A stretch of 64,000 nucleotides of DNA from Phoronis australis (GCA_002633005.1 NMRA01000009.1:1396761-1460760), one strand, 5' to 3'. Numbered from the stretch's first letter, positions 50,230 through 63,393 are shown. Translations and numbers: made by a program. The notes: generated from the letters alone by a model not told the origin.

Positions 50230-50482
50230 TCTTAAAGTGTCCACCAGGCTTTTAATCTTGTCATATTTAACTTTTTCGTTCATTCAAAAGATTAGTAACC
50301 TATGCAATGCAGCTAACATTTTCCTTTTATCTGTAAGCTTCTAATAGAAGCCAGATGTTCATCAATTTCTATTATTCTAGGCTTCAATTTATTTTTCAAA
50401 TGCATTGTGGGACAGTGAGCAAATAACTTGGTGACCTGTAAGCGGTCCAGGAAATCACCATTTGTCTGTTGAGCACACCAGA

Positions 50483-50743
50483 ATTGAAAGCATGGGTCCA
50501 TAACTACATGCATTTTGGCGCGAGTACAGCAGAAGCAACCATAGTACAAAGATAAAAATTGAAAGTAAGTCTTTGCATTGAATATGTAGAACTACCTGAT
50601 CTATTGCGCAAGAGATTATTGATCACGCTGAAGTTAATTCTTATCATCCAAATGCCAATTTTAAATCGGATTCAAAGCATGGGTCCATAACAACATGCAT
50701 TTTGGTGCGAGTACGACAGAAGCAATCATTAATACAAAGATAA
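50483..50743. repeat. Two direct repeats of about 72 bp, 189 bp apart
   Basis: aaagcatgggtccataacWacatgcattttggYgcgagtac...agaagcaa...tacaaagataa at about 50487 and 50675. Confidence 0.85.
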
Positions 50744-51167
50744 GACACACCCAGAAGTTATCTTATATTTGCGAGCTGCCAACCATCCCCCAATATATTT
50801 GAAAAATAACAGCAGCAGTGTAGATAAAGTCGCTCAAATTCAAGGAAAGACTCATTTCAGCATAACTTTTAGTGAATATGATTTTGGTTATTTGTTTATG
50901 GAAAAATCAAATACTTTAATAAGTGCTGTAACATTATTTCTCAGAATCATATGACACTTCACATTTGTTGTTGAATACAACCTATTGTCTATCAAATTAT
51001 ATGACCGATAAGATCATGTAATTTTTGGATTGAATGGAATGGTGCTAACGACCACAAGATGCAATACAACACACCAACATTAACCGTAATTACCTCAATT
51101 CAGCAAACTCACTCTCTACTAAGAAAGCGTTACTCTGTGTGATTTTCTACAGTATACCTACTCATAA

Positions 51168-51592
51168 ATGCCGTTTACACTTACAAAGTTGACATGGATC
51201 AGCTGACATGGAACAAGTTGTTCCAGTGTGTAAACGGATTGACACGGAGCAAATTGACACCACGGTGACAAAATTTTTGCCACCCGTTTGTGAGGTAGAG
51301 CAATTTGCGCCCGAACATCTTGCGCCGTATCAATTATAAGTCTAAACGTGAAACTGGGGCAAGGTGGAAAGGATCATCTCTACTGCACTTGTGCAATGAC
51401 CTACGTACGGGTTCTTTGTCTCTGCAACTCTTGTCATTTGTAAACCTGCGCATGTGCGATCCAGTCTCTCCAGCCTTTAATTTTGTCTGGCCATGATTAG
51501 TAAGTTGTGTGACTGTGTAAACAGCCACTTGACATGGGTCAATTTGCTGGGTGTCAGTTGCGCTGGACCGAAGTTGATGTCTAAACATTGTA
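51168..51592 (+). mobile_element. Family H2-related MITE
   Basis: ccgtttacac...gtctaaaca ends; tgacacggagcaaattgacac and aactggggcaagg shared with 44361-44798. Confidence 0.65.
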
Positions 51593-53681
51593 ATAGACAA
51601 TGATCATATCTGACACTCAGGAACATCACACAGGGCAGTCTTGTGCAGCCTTATATCACAGATCTAGACACATGACTTACATACTCCATGTTGCAATGTT
51701 AAGGTTCAAGGTGCCAGGAGAGCAAATTACAAGTTTTGTATAGTTGTTACTGTTTCAGATCTTATAACTACAAGTGAGAAAGTAAAAACACTGCCAGACA
51801 TGAGATTGACCACCACTGGTACCTGCTTAGCTTGGAATAACTGAATATATGCTTGAAGGTTCATATACTTGCCTGCGAGACTATTCCTATAAATAACTTT
51901 AAGCGCACAGGTCTAATTGTGAAATACTTGATTAAACAAATGGTAAATTTAGAAGACTGAGGTTGAATTGCAGGTGACTCTAAATTTTTGCATGATGTTT
52001 ATTCAAGTTTACGTGATTAATTGATAATTAACACCACTGTAATTATAAAAGACAAAAACATTCCGTTTGAGACAAACACCTGTATAAATGCACCTGCCTG
52101 CACTCACAGAAGTTTTGTTATATGATCCTATATTCATAACACTTGAGTGAAGACATTTTTAAATGAAACAATATTCTGACTACAAGTCCGCTGGCCTAAA
52201 TGTGTGCCTTTGTGGTACTGGACATAGAAGAATAATATGCGTTACTTCTTTAAACCTCACTATACGTTTTATGCCTTGAATGATGTGGATTTTACAGTTA
52301 AAAATGGGTATTACGGTTAACTGGAGGTCAATTTGTCTTGTTTTGTCAATCGTGGTAAGACTTTAGGTGCTGAATATTAATTTGTTTTTATTATGAAAAA
52401 TTAAAATGTGAAAATGTCGCATTTCTTTACCATCTAGTACAGTGAAAAGCACACTTTCAAAGGCAACTAACTTGTGACTGTACACAAATTCTCAAAACAA
52501 GGTCTCATACTAGCTACAGTAGGGAACTTTAAATGGTTAATCTATTTATTTGGTATTACTCATCTTTTATAAGATATGTCCTAAATTGGTGAGATTAGTT
52601 CTCTGTGAAATTTAAAATTCCGTTCCTGCATGCCACAGGCAGATTAATGTTTCCGTGTCAGTGTGCATCATATCCTTATAATTTGATGTGTGATTCACCA
52701 AGTGCCATGGACTTCTGCTAACTTGTGCTTGTGGTCACTCAGCTGTACATATTAATTTAACCTTTAACCAAAATAGACTGGACATTTTCTTCTGATTATG
52801 TGTTACTAGATCATGTTGAAGTCTTAATACACCTTTATAAATAGATCACTGTTAAATTTCTGATTGGTCAGAGACCTCACCGATGTGTTTATAGCGTATG
52901 AATTGATTAGTTGAGCATATTTCCCTGTGGTAACTACCTGCTTATCTAAGCTGTCAAGGTTTTTATTGACCATTTACAAGAAAATTTTCCACTGGGCATG
53001 TGTAAAACCACGACTTACATATATAAATGTGTACATGTATCAGACAATAAAGATGTAATCTTGGACAAAAACATTGTGCAGTGATGATGATGTACAAATC
53101 AGTTAGCCATGCTTCAAAAACTCTATGAACAAAGTTGTCCCCCACATTCTCGTAACTCCTTTTATAGTCCCATGATATTGTTTTAGGGACTGTTGCTTGC
53201 ATGGAAATCAAACTCTTTGAAAAATTCCATTTGTAGAATGTATATCATATTTTGTGCTACGTTTGTGTTTGGTAATCACACAATACGGTCAAATTCAGGG
53301 CAGCCATTTTTTTCTTTCTCACGAGCCGCTTGTACATTCTTCCCAAGTGCTTTCTTCTCATGAACAGTGCTTAGAAACACTGTCGTGGCAATTGGTATTT
53401 TCCCAGGTCGCCAAACACAATCTGAGGTCTCATTTGCGTCCTGAAAATCACCAAATGGAACACTGACATCATTTGTAAGAAAAGAACTGTGGTTAAGATG
53501 AATTTGACATGTCCTTAAGAAAGTTATTGTGATGCAATGGACAGGAAATTTGGCTCGTGAGAAAAGAATTACGTTCACGAGGAAAGTATGTTTTGTGTCG
53601 GTGGGAACACCTATTTTTTGTTTCCATTTGTTGTTTCAACCTGATGTTCTAGCCTGGTTCTTTGTGTGGGTGTGCTTGCAT

Positions 53682-53780
53682 ACTATGTTCATGTGTGTGT
53701 GGTGTTCGGTGTGCGTACATGCATGTGTGTCTGTGTCTGTGTGTGTGTGTGCGGTGTGCATACGTGCATGTGTGTGTTTT
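53682..53780. repeat. TG-rich degenerate microsatellite
   Basis: Read directly. Confidence 0.85.
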
Positions 53781-54654
53781 TCTGTTTTGTGGTGTTGGAT
53801 CTCTCCCTGTCGTGGTAGACCGTCAGCATTGATTTTGTTCTTTATCTCCCATAACTATGGTAACTAAGATATCTGGCAACAAAATTCAATTACAGCAGGT
53901 GCATTTACCTTTGTTATGAAGAAAACCATGCGGAATGGTTCTACTCTTTGTGATGAGCTACATCGTCATGGTTACAGTAAAGTATTTTCAAATTAGAACA
54001 CAATATGGCCGAGCAGTGAAATTTTATTTTATTAAAATTTTTAAAAAGAATAAGCTAGAAGACAACTTTACTTGATTATTTGAAAACTTTATATAGTATG
54101 GCTATCATCAACACACACACAGTGTTGTGGTGTAGGGTTGAGACCAGAACCAGCCATGCTTTTTTACTGAAAAGGTTTTCGTACCTCGGATAAAGATAAT
54201 AAAGACTCATAAAATGTTCAGAGTTGTATCTGTGATCTTGAAACAACTGATGTGCGGTCTTACAGAAACATTTGCTTATACTGCCTAAAATTGGGAAAGC
54301 TCTTTCAAAGAGAAACATTTCTTTTTCTTAAAACTGCCATGCACGTATTTTCTGCGAAAACATTTTCTTTTTTATCTTTTATTCAACTTGAACAAACAAA
54401 ACATTTTTGATTTAGACCACTTCCCTCTAAAGTACGGTACTGTCAGCTTGTTCCTTAATTTTCAAACTAAAAATGTCTTTTTGGCTTGAAAAGAACTAAC
54501 ACTTCCTTAAAGAGGCTATAAACGTGCCACCAATCGCAAATAACAACTTTTGATGTAGGCAATTTCCGTTATGAAATTGGTCTCAAACTGTTCATAAATC
54601 AAAGTTGAAGGAATTTCAGGGCTACAAAAGAAGTGAGTGTTTGTCATTGCTTGA

Positions 54655-54775
54655 GGCTAGGCTCTGCAAGTTGGACAGTCCGGCTGTGTCCTTATGTATT
54701 GAGCATAGTCTTATGGAATAACGAAATGCCAGTTCTTTGCAAATTTAGAAATCACTTCTCACCTGAGTAAGGAAT
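54655..54775 (+). repeat. Dispersed repeat; other copies at about 56910-57000 and 57160-57272
   Basis: tgagcatagtcttatggaataacgaa.tgcc.gttc...agaaatcaYttctcacctga. Confidence 0.75.
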
Positions 54776-55813
54776 ATGTGAAGACCAGTTTGAAAATGGG
54801 TCAAGCAAAAAGTCGCTTTCTTGATCTCAAAATGCTAGCAAGTACAACATCAGATACTTGCTGTTTAAGAATCTGAAATTTGGTAGATAAAGTGGAAGTT
54901 TTTAAGTTTCATTTTAGGCTTCTGAAACTAGTAATCCAATATAGTGTTAGGTCACACAACAAGCCTATTTCTGGCAATGTTGCTTTCGGCTGATGAAAAA
55001 ACAACAATGTCAAGTCATCATACAAACCCTCGTCTCCAGCAATGTTTAAGGCAGCTATAAACCCTCGTTCTGGCCAAGAGGTCACCAGTAGATTTAGACC
55101 ACTTGCTGCCATGACATTTTCTGTGTAAGATGGTCGGAGTTGGCGAAGCTGGATCACAACGTCTTTCATCAAGTGACAGCTTCCATGTTAGACCCTTTCG
55201 CTTGAATAATTTGAAAAGTCCCACTGCACAGCAGTGGTAAGCTGATGGCATGATGATCAGGAAGCGTTCATAAAAAATGCTGTGGAATCCCTCTGAGTTA
55301 CAGGTGAATTATAGGTGGCACTTAACAATGGCCATCACTCCATCGCCATCTAATGATAAAGCTCGTTTCATTATGTCACGGCTGTATCGTAAAATAGCTG
55401 TTAAATAGACTTGGGGTCAAATTGTTCTCCAGGCTGTACAATAATGACATCTCACTGCTTTCAATGCCTTGACGTCACACAGTAGTCAAACTTATCCAAC
55501 AGATAAACTTTCAAGTGATCAAACTTGGCTCTGATAGAAAACGTGTTGTGTTTTTACAGCAAATATCATTGTTTGCCAATCTGGTTTTAATGTTCTCAGG
55601 TAATGTCTTGATTTTAGTTTTGTTAGTTTAAGTCCAGAGTTCAGTTACAGTCTGTTTATATCGACAATACAACCATTTGTAAGCTGAACCACCTAGTACG
55701 GTATCTGGCTTGGAATTCAAGCTTTTTAAACCACATTGTCTAGATATGGTATTTTCTGGTGTTTTGTTAAAGCACCAATAAACCCACCTTCATTAGGCTA
55801 CTGATACTCTTAA

Positions 55814-56318
55814 GGCCATTTCATATTGACTTATAGTAGCTCCTATCTGGGAGCGTGGACGTAAACAGCGCAGTTAACTGGACCGTTCATACTGGCTTCG
55901 GTAGTTAATGAACATCGAAGTAACAGTAAGTGACACTTTCGTCATCAAAGTTATCACAAGGTAGTGCTTCACGCTAAGATTTTTTTCAATGTGACAATTT
56001 GGGAACATTTACATGTGCTAATTGACATTAAACTTATTTTTAAATTGATTGGTTATTATTAGAGCAAAATGTAAGCAACTATTAGTGACGGCACTACCCT
56101 GTAACTGTTGAAGATAACAGTGGCACCTGGCGATAACTTCGATTGGACCGAAGTTAACGTTCATACTGCACAATAGCGTTGATGCTGCGCTGTTAAATCC
56201 ACCTTTTAACTGCTATGTTAACTGGAACTGTTAACTGCGGTCCAGGACCAAAGTTAAGCATTCATACAGACCGCAACTCCCCAAACCATCGATGCATCGA
56301 CTTAAGTATGAAAGGTCC
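55814..56318 (+). mobile_element. Family H1 MITE
   Basis: ttaa|ggccatttcatattgactta ... tatgaaaggtcc|ttaa; colinear with 23575-24071. Confidence 0.88.
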
Positions 56319-57669
56319 TTAACATTATTTGAGAATGCATGCATTTTTCACCCCACAGTGTGTAGGGAAGATCTCAGTTCTCACATCAAAGGCTTGATGG
56401 CCATATCACTAGTTTGAATGAACTAGTTGCCATTCATGGGCTTGGCAGAATGTGTATTGGATGAGGTAATTACTGGTGCAACAACCATGGCTGTTAAGCT
56501 TACCAGTTTCAAAGTAAAAAATGAGCAACAAGTATTAAACAAATGACCAACATGGTTGTTTTTAAAATTGAAAAGTATTAGCCATCTTCAAATTTTTAAA
56601 ATTGGTGCATTGTTAGAGGCATAAGCGAATAGGTTTCCTTCAGCAGCGCAACTGAGCCACACTTGTTAATTAACTTTTATTAAAGTATGGGTTAGTCACA
56701 GTCTGGCTTATAGCGCTGGGGTGACAAAAGGCCAAATGTCAGCATACGAGTTGCCTCATGTTCCATCACAAAAATATTTTTTGATTTAGCCCACTTACTG
56801 CTTTGAAATTGTTGCTTAGTCAAATTGGGAGAAGATTTCAATGTTTCAAAAGAACTTACGATTCGTTATGGCTATATCAGGCTATATCAGGCTATACAAG
56901 TCTGCTTTTCGTTTTATGTGCTGAGCATAGTCTCAAGATTAATATGGAAATTTACTGTTCTTGCCCCCAAACCAAAAATCACTTCCCATCTGAGTAATGA
57001 ACAATTTAAGACTTATTTCAGGTGGTAAGTGGTGGTAGAGGAACTGACAGTTCGTTATTGCTTTAGGAGACTCTGTAGATTAGTGTCATAGTATGCACCA
57101 GATGTGGTGGTAAGGAATAACAAAGTGCTTTATGATTTGAAAGATTGTTATATGCTCGAGCCCAGGCCCTACAAATTGTCAGGGTGTGTCATTATGTGCT
57201 GACCATAGTCTTATGGAATAACGAACTGCCTGTTCCTTCCAAACCCAGAAATCATTTCTCACCTGAATAAAGAGCAAGTTGAGGTCAGTTTTACAGCAGT
57301 AAGTGGTGATGAAAATTTTGCTTTTTGAACAGAATGCAGTTGATTTGCTATTTTGAATACTGTACATTGATGATGTATTTTTCACAGTTTCACTTTGGTG
57401 TTAGCTGATCAATTAATGTTTGAGATCCTGCAAGTGTGCTGAGAAACATTGAGAAACTGTCGTAGCATAACACTGGCAGAACTGCACACACTCCAAGCGG
57501 CTGTGCAATAATACACCTGAACGTTGGTTTTTATTATGACTAAATACGACACATAGCACAAGTTTTTTAATCCCTGTATATCAATAGCATATATCATAAG
57601 CCTTTACATTGATTTTTGTCTGTTTGCTCTTGTGTATTGTGTGGATTGGTTCTGCTTGTTTCTCCTCAG

Positions 57670-57872
57670 CGCATTTGGTCAAAGAACAGGCTCTGCCTGA
57701 CTGGCCACCAGTGTTACTGTGTATACAATGTTCTATTCATCATACCACACACTGGCCTCTATTGACAAGTCAGTCTGTTCAAGGTCCAGACTATTCATAC
57801 CAATACCATACTCAGTTGCCTGCCCCTTTTTATTGCTACTATCAGGCATATAAATTGCTGCTGCATAACCAG
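57670..57872 (+). other. Candidate exon (203 nt) of the unidentified + strand gene
   Basis: ttctgcttgtttctcctcag| acceptor and CAG|GTAAGT donor; one open frame but no recognisable protein. Confidence 0.45.
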
Positions 57873-59906
57873 GTAAGTTATAGGAAGTGTCAGGTTGTTT
57901 ATATCATATTGCGTTAGAGTTCCTAATTATGTCTGTGTGGTTTTAGACTTGATCTAGGTTAATGATTTGAACACTGCAGCTGCCTGAAGAATCTGTAGGT
58001 GAGTGGAGGTATTTCAAGTCCTCTGTTCAGCAAAGATATGAACTTCTTCATAACGTAGATCTAATCATCTGGGTTAGGCTAATAGTAAGTTCTTCATGGT
58101 TCACATGTATCACAATCACCTTAGTGTGTGTCAGAATGGTGCGTGTAGGTAGTGTGTGAAGGTAGATATACGGAAATAAACACCTGACAGATATATTACT
58201 GAACGCATATATACAGTCATTACCATCTGATCTCTTTTTGATTATCCCATCTATTGAACTCATAGTACGCTAGTTTACCTTCAGATGAGGATACGCCACG
58301 CCACGGGCAAATTATTCATTGTGTTGCCAACAGGACTGTGTAATGTCAGACTGTTGTAACAGCACATAAGTCCCAAGGGCTGGCTTTCCCCTTCAAGCAT
58401 AGGTTCTGGGCTTGTCTGATATTAACTGGATTATTTGTTGGGTATAATGCCTGCTGGCAGATTAATTTTATTATATTTCTTATTAACTAAGTTACCCTGT
58501 GAGACACTTTAATGTTTAAATTAAATTCTCATACTGTGCCATCTTTAAAAACTTGTGTTTTTGTACGTTGAGAGATCTTTTTGTATAAAGGCAGCCTTTC
58601 AAACTTTGTTACAAACTGCAGCATAGTTCTTAGATTCCATCTTTATCTAGATTTGCATCTGTAGATCTGTTCTGAGGTAGCACATATGTATGGCACTTGT
58701 CTGCAGTTTTCACTCTACCAACTAGCTATAAGTAGTTCAGTAGTCATTTCAAATACAAATTAGGCATCAGACTTCAGTGTCTAATTTCAAGACATTACTG
58801 TACTATAACTAGGGCTTGTTTTCTTTGTATGTATGCAGTTTCAAATGACCTTTCCTCAGCCATGGCTTTTGCATGTCTGTGTGCAGGTTTTTGCACTGTA
58901 CAGACTAGTTGGTTGTAGGAATCTTTGATTGGCCTTTGCACAGTTTTACCAGTATAGAATAATTGGGCAAATAGGTATGCTGATACGACTGTTCCAAATA
59001 TATGTTTTCCAGTCTGACAAAAAATATTGGTGAAATCAGTTGTTTGTCAGAATGGTTTTAAGCTCACTATAATATTCTCAGAGAAGTATCATCTTATAAT
59101 GTCTAAAATCTAGGACACAATGTGACAGCCGAGTACTTGTTTATGTTCTGAACCACAACTTGAAGCAGACAATATTTTTAAGGATTGTGAACATTTACAG
59201 CAATGTGAAAAGTCCTTGAAAGGTGAAAAGGGGAATTTGGAGAATGCTTTTGCCCAAATTTTGTATTTTCAATGTGGTTTACTATGGAATACTAAACATC
59301 TGGGCAGTCTAGTTATACACTTTCTGGTTCTGAATAGCATTCACAACAGGATAGTAATTACCAGCTATGCACTTGCTTAGCTACACACAGGGTTGTAATC
59401 ACTTTTGCATTGTATGCCTTACTTATTGGGGTATAGTGTGGACACTTGGCTGAACAAAGTTGCTCTAAGGCAAATTGTTCTAGAGGTTAACTGGTAGTGT
59501 GGACACAAATTTTGAGCAGCACTTTTGTTGTTATTCAATGTTATATACTACCATAGACATCTGGGCAGTGCCTTGATGTCGTTGATGAACATGAACACTA
59601 ATTAGACAGATTATTTACTTGCCCTTATAAGCCTGCAGCCATGTAGTCCCTGACTTAATTTCTATGATGAACTGAATCTCAATTAATACACCGACTGATG
59701 TTTTTAGTTGAAACCATGCAGGTGATGTAAAGTAACTGGAAGTTGTCGTTAGATAGGTCATGTGACCTAGGCCTTTTGTTGACCAATGAAGCAAGGGACC
59801 CTCTGAACTGTTGTGACTTGATTGGACGTGATTGTCAGTGGAACCGTCACGGAACAATCTTTGCTGCTACCAAGAACATTGTACTATTTTATTGAGCCAA
59901 ATATGA

Positions 59907-60813
59907 TGGAGTAGAGATTCTCCAGTGTGAGACAGTGAAAAAATTAGTTTGCTCAAGGTCAGAACTTGTATGAAATGTTAGAAACAGTTGATATCAGCCA
60001 TTCCAAGTTCAAGAATTACGATCAATGACAAACACCATTAACGTCCAAGTTACACAGTGTGAGGACTCATGAAAAGGTGTTGACAGCTATTTTTTTATCA
60101 TTTTATAAACTGACGAGTCTTATTTTCAGACTCAGTTGATACAAAATTGCAATGTCCAAAACTTGAGAAATATTGTGAACGCCAAAATCGACCATGCCCC
60201 AATCTCAAAAGGGGAATCATCAATTGGTTGGACTTCAAAACCACTTGCCCGGACATCAAAACCAACTGGCTGGACAGCAAAATCCAATGGCTGTTGTTCT
60301 AACTTGGTGGTCGGACCTCAAAACACGATGTCCGGTACCTCAAAACCAGATGGCCGCACCCAAAAAACTAGTTGGCCAGACCTAAAATGGGTTGGCCAGT
60401 GCTCAAATGCAGTGGCCAAACAAATCGCCGATTTTGAACAAAACAAACGGGTACGAAAAATAAACACTGGATGTCACTTAAATCCTTAGAGACTCTCAAA
60501 ATGAGTCTCTGAGGAAATCCGACCATCGTGTTTGATCACCGGCCAAATCGTTATAGCACCATCCATAGTGTTTTGGGTCCAGCGAACTAGTTTTTTTGGG
60601 TAAGGCCATCGTGTTTTGAAGTCTGGACAACACGTTTGATCACCATCCATGTGGTTTTTCAGTCTAGCCCCACTGGTTTTGAAGTCCAGCAAGTGGTTTT
60701 GAAGCGCGACCAATTGTTGATTCCCCTTGAATCTTCATAATCGTAAAAATTCAAATTTTGCTTGAATTTCGACGTCCCAAATTTTAGACTCCCAAATTGG
60801 AGAATTTTTCCCT
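59907..60813 (+). mobile_element. MITE family P copy split by a nested element
   Basis: gattctccagtgtgagacagtg ... cccaaattggagaatttt; host sequence resumes after 60734. Confidence 0.7.
60206..60729. mobile_element. Foldback-type MITE with a 5-bp TSD (aatct) and modular subterminal repeats of about 21 bp
   Basis: aatct|caaaaggggaatcatcaattggttggacttcaaaaccacttgc ... gcaagtggttttgaagcgcgaccaattgttgattccccttg|aatct. Confidence 0.85.
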
Positions 60814-61337
60814 TAAACTTTGTAATTTGGTAAATTTTTTGGTTTTATTGCAAAACATTGAAATTTGTCGAAAAAAAGCCAAACTTTTCATCACTACTTG
60901 TGACAATAGCCCTGAACTTAGTACTGCATACCTGAACTGAGGCAGCTTTTGTGCTCTCCCAGATATTTACTTCATTTCAGTAATTACTTCCACTGGCTTC
61001 TGTGTAGATGAGAGTCAGTAATCATATGAAAAGCAAAGTTTTCACCCTGATGCATCTTTACACATACATGTATAGCCATCCAATGGTATCGTGATGATCA
61101 GCACTGTTTCTCAAACACCATAAAGATGATCACCAGTATCTCAACATCAGTTTATGTACGTTTAGACCAACACTTGACATGGAGCAAGGTGATTTTATTT
61201 ACACGTATCAACCAGTATGGTCAATTGATATTTATGCCTAGTATTCCTCTTGGATTTCTGAGTGAAACCATGACGAGCAGCCCGCGTGACCTTGTAACTA
61301 AGTGCCACTGGTGATATCAGGTCTCCGATGGATACAT

Positions 61338-61510
61338 CATTACTTGGCGGAATTCTTCGAATTCCGACAAGTATGTTGCTCTGTCGTCAAGTTTTTTTTT
61401 TTTGTTCGCACTCTACAGGTCGCAATTTTGGTCCGATTTTCACGAAATTTGCACACAATGTGTAGATCGGAAATTCCTAGAAGCCTATTGTTTTTGGTCA
61501 TTTTTCACTG
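61338..61510 (+). mobile_element. 5' fragment of a second Helentron/DINE-like family
   Basis: Hairpin tacttggcggaattc-tt-cgaattccgacaagta, then gtccgattttcacgaaatttgcacac...aagcctattgtttttgg. Confidence 0.6.
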
Positions 61511-62635
61511 TCGGTGAACACTGAATACCATGTTTGAAGCCTGGGATACTCCCATAGAGGAGGTGCGAGATTTGCCTCTCAGAATGGTGTCTTTCACAAC
61601 TACTTTACCTCCATGCCTCTTGTGACAGTTCTGTACAAGGGAGTTCTGCGAGAGGGTCCTTATGTACTAATTTTGTACTGTACTACTTTAGGATCAATTT
61701 GTCAAAAAGTCAGCAATCTAAGAATCCAGGGTGGGTAGTATTTTTTGGAACAAAACTCTAGAAAAAAGTAACATTTTCATGAAAGGTCCTAATAATGGGT
61801 GCCCTTTTCGTGTCTTCTAATTTTCCAACTGTATCTCCACAAAAAAAGTTGAGGTCAAGATGATGACTCTATCAAATGCATTTTAGTCAAACTAATTTAT
61901 GTCTGTCTGCACACCATTTTATACTGAAATAAATATCTGCTTGGGGAGGTCACCCAGCTCTAGGCTATAAACAGAATGTTCATGTATATTTGTCTTATTT
62001 GGACATGCTGCATGCATGTTGTGATTTTGGCATTTTTCTCATAACTTAAGGTATTGATTAACACACAAGAAAGTAATTACGTTAAATTAATTAAAAGTGT
62101 TACATGTGGCAATAGAATGGCAGTCAATCGGTTTGATTAGCATAATACTAATGAGATGCCTGTGAAGTTTATTTCATATGACAATACCTGATTGAATGGC
62201 CTGCAAGTTGTTGCTAACATGTACTGTGTGGGAACTGTCAACAGGGAACATGTAGTCTGGTTTAGAATTATTGAGTGATTAGTTTAGCGTATTAATTATT
62301 TAGTTGACGTGATCATTACATTATTAATGAGCCTGATAATTGAAGGTCAACCCTGAGTCAGCCTGCTGGACCTGAATCTGGTCTGGTAGTACCAGGTTAA
62401 GGTGCTATGGTTGAATTAACAAAATATGATTCAATGTTTTTCTTTTGTGTCAAATTATCTTAAATGAGGTTCAGGCTTTGCATCAAAATATGTTCGTTTC
62501 TGTTCAAACCCCTACAAGTCATTTCCTGGTGCTATTAAAACGGTATTGTGTATTCAGAGGAATGTTATCGCTTTCTTATTCTTTGTTAGAATAGCTGATT
62601 TTTGAAATACTCTCGGCTTATTGAAATTCACTATC

Positions 62636-62649
62636 CCACCAGATGGCGA
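62636..62649 (+). promoter_or_regulatory. Isolated CTCF-like motif
   Basis: ccaccagatggcga matches the CCASYAGRKGGCR core. Confidence 0.4.
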
Positions 62650-63235
62650 TGAGATCTTCTGTGAACAGGCGTTCAGCACCACCTACAAATCCCATATAAT
62701 GCGGACATGAGGTTTCAACCAATTGGTATGAACAGCATTTTTAAAACCATTCCTCTATCATAATGTCAGCAAGTTTCCATTGCTGTGTGGTAGGGTGTTC
62801 TAATGACTCACAGAAAAAGGCAAACCTCTTGAAATATCCATGTATTAAGGACATCACATTCCATACGTTTCCCACTGTGAAATAGGGTCCAATAATCCAA
62901 AACACTTATTCCTTGTTCTTGCAAGTACTTATTAAGAGTGAAAATTGGGCGCAGATTCCCAGAGTAGAAGGTAACATGATCACCAGCCATCTAGAATTTC
63001 TTTACACCGAATCTGAATCAGGATCAAGCGGAAGTCACTTTTGGACTCTCATTATTCGAATTGATTTTTGTAAAATGCCAGGAATACCCCTGACGACCAT
63101 ACTTCTTGGGCAGCTGAAACTAACCAGCCGTGACATTAGCAACTTAATGAGGCTTGTGTGCAGTACAAACAAACTGTCTATTCTTCTCAAGTTTGGAAAT
63201 CATTTTTAATCTGAGTAAAGAACAAGAAAGTGGCC

Positions 63236-63393
63236 TACAGTACAAGACAAAAGTAATCAGACAACATACAGTATAAGACAAAACTAATCAGACAAAATAC
63301 AGTGCAAGACAAAAGTAATCAGACAAAATACAGTACAAGACAAAAGCAATCACACAAAATGCAGTGCAAGGCAAAAGTAATCAGACAAAATAC
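63236..63393. repeat. 31-bp minisatellite x5
   Basis: Variants of tacagtacaagacaaaagtaatcagacaaaa. Confidence 0.95.

Noticed and set aside
60136-60713. 117-aa and neighbouring ORFs with quasi-repeats
   Set aside because: They are translations of the 21-bp modules of the nested MITE.
63236-63393. CRISPR-like 31-bp repeats
   Set aside because: The units are contiguous with no spacers, so this is an ordinary minisatellite.
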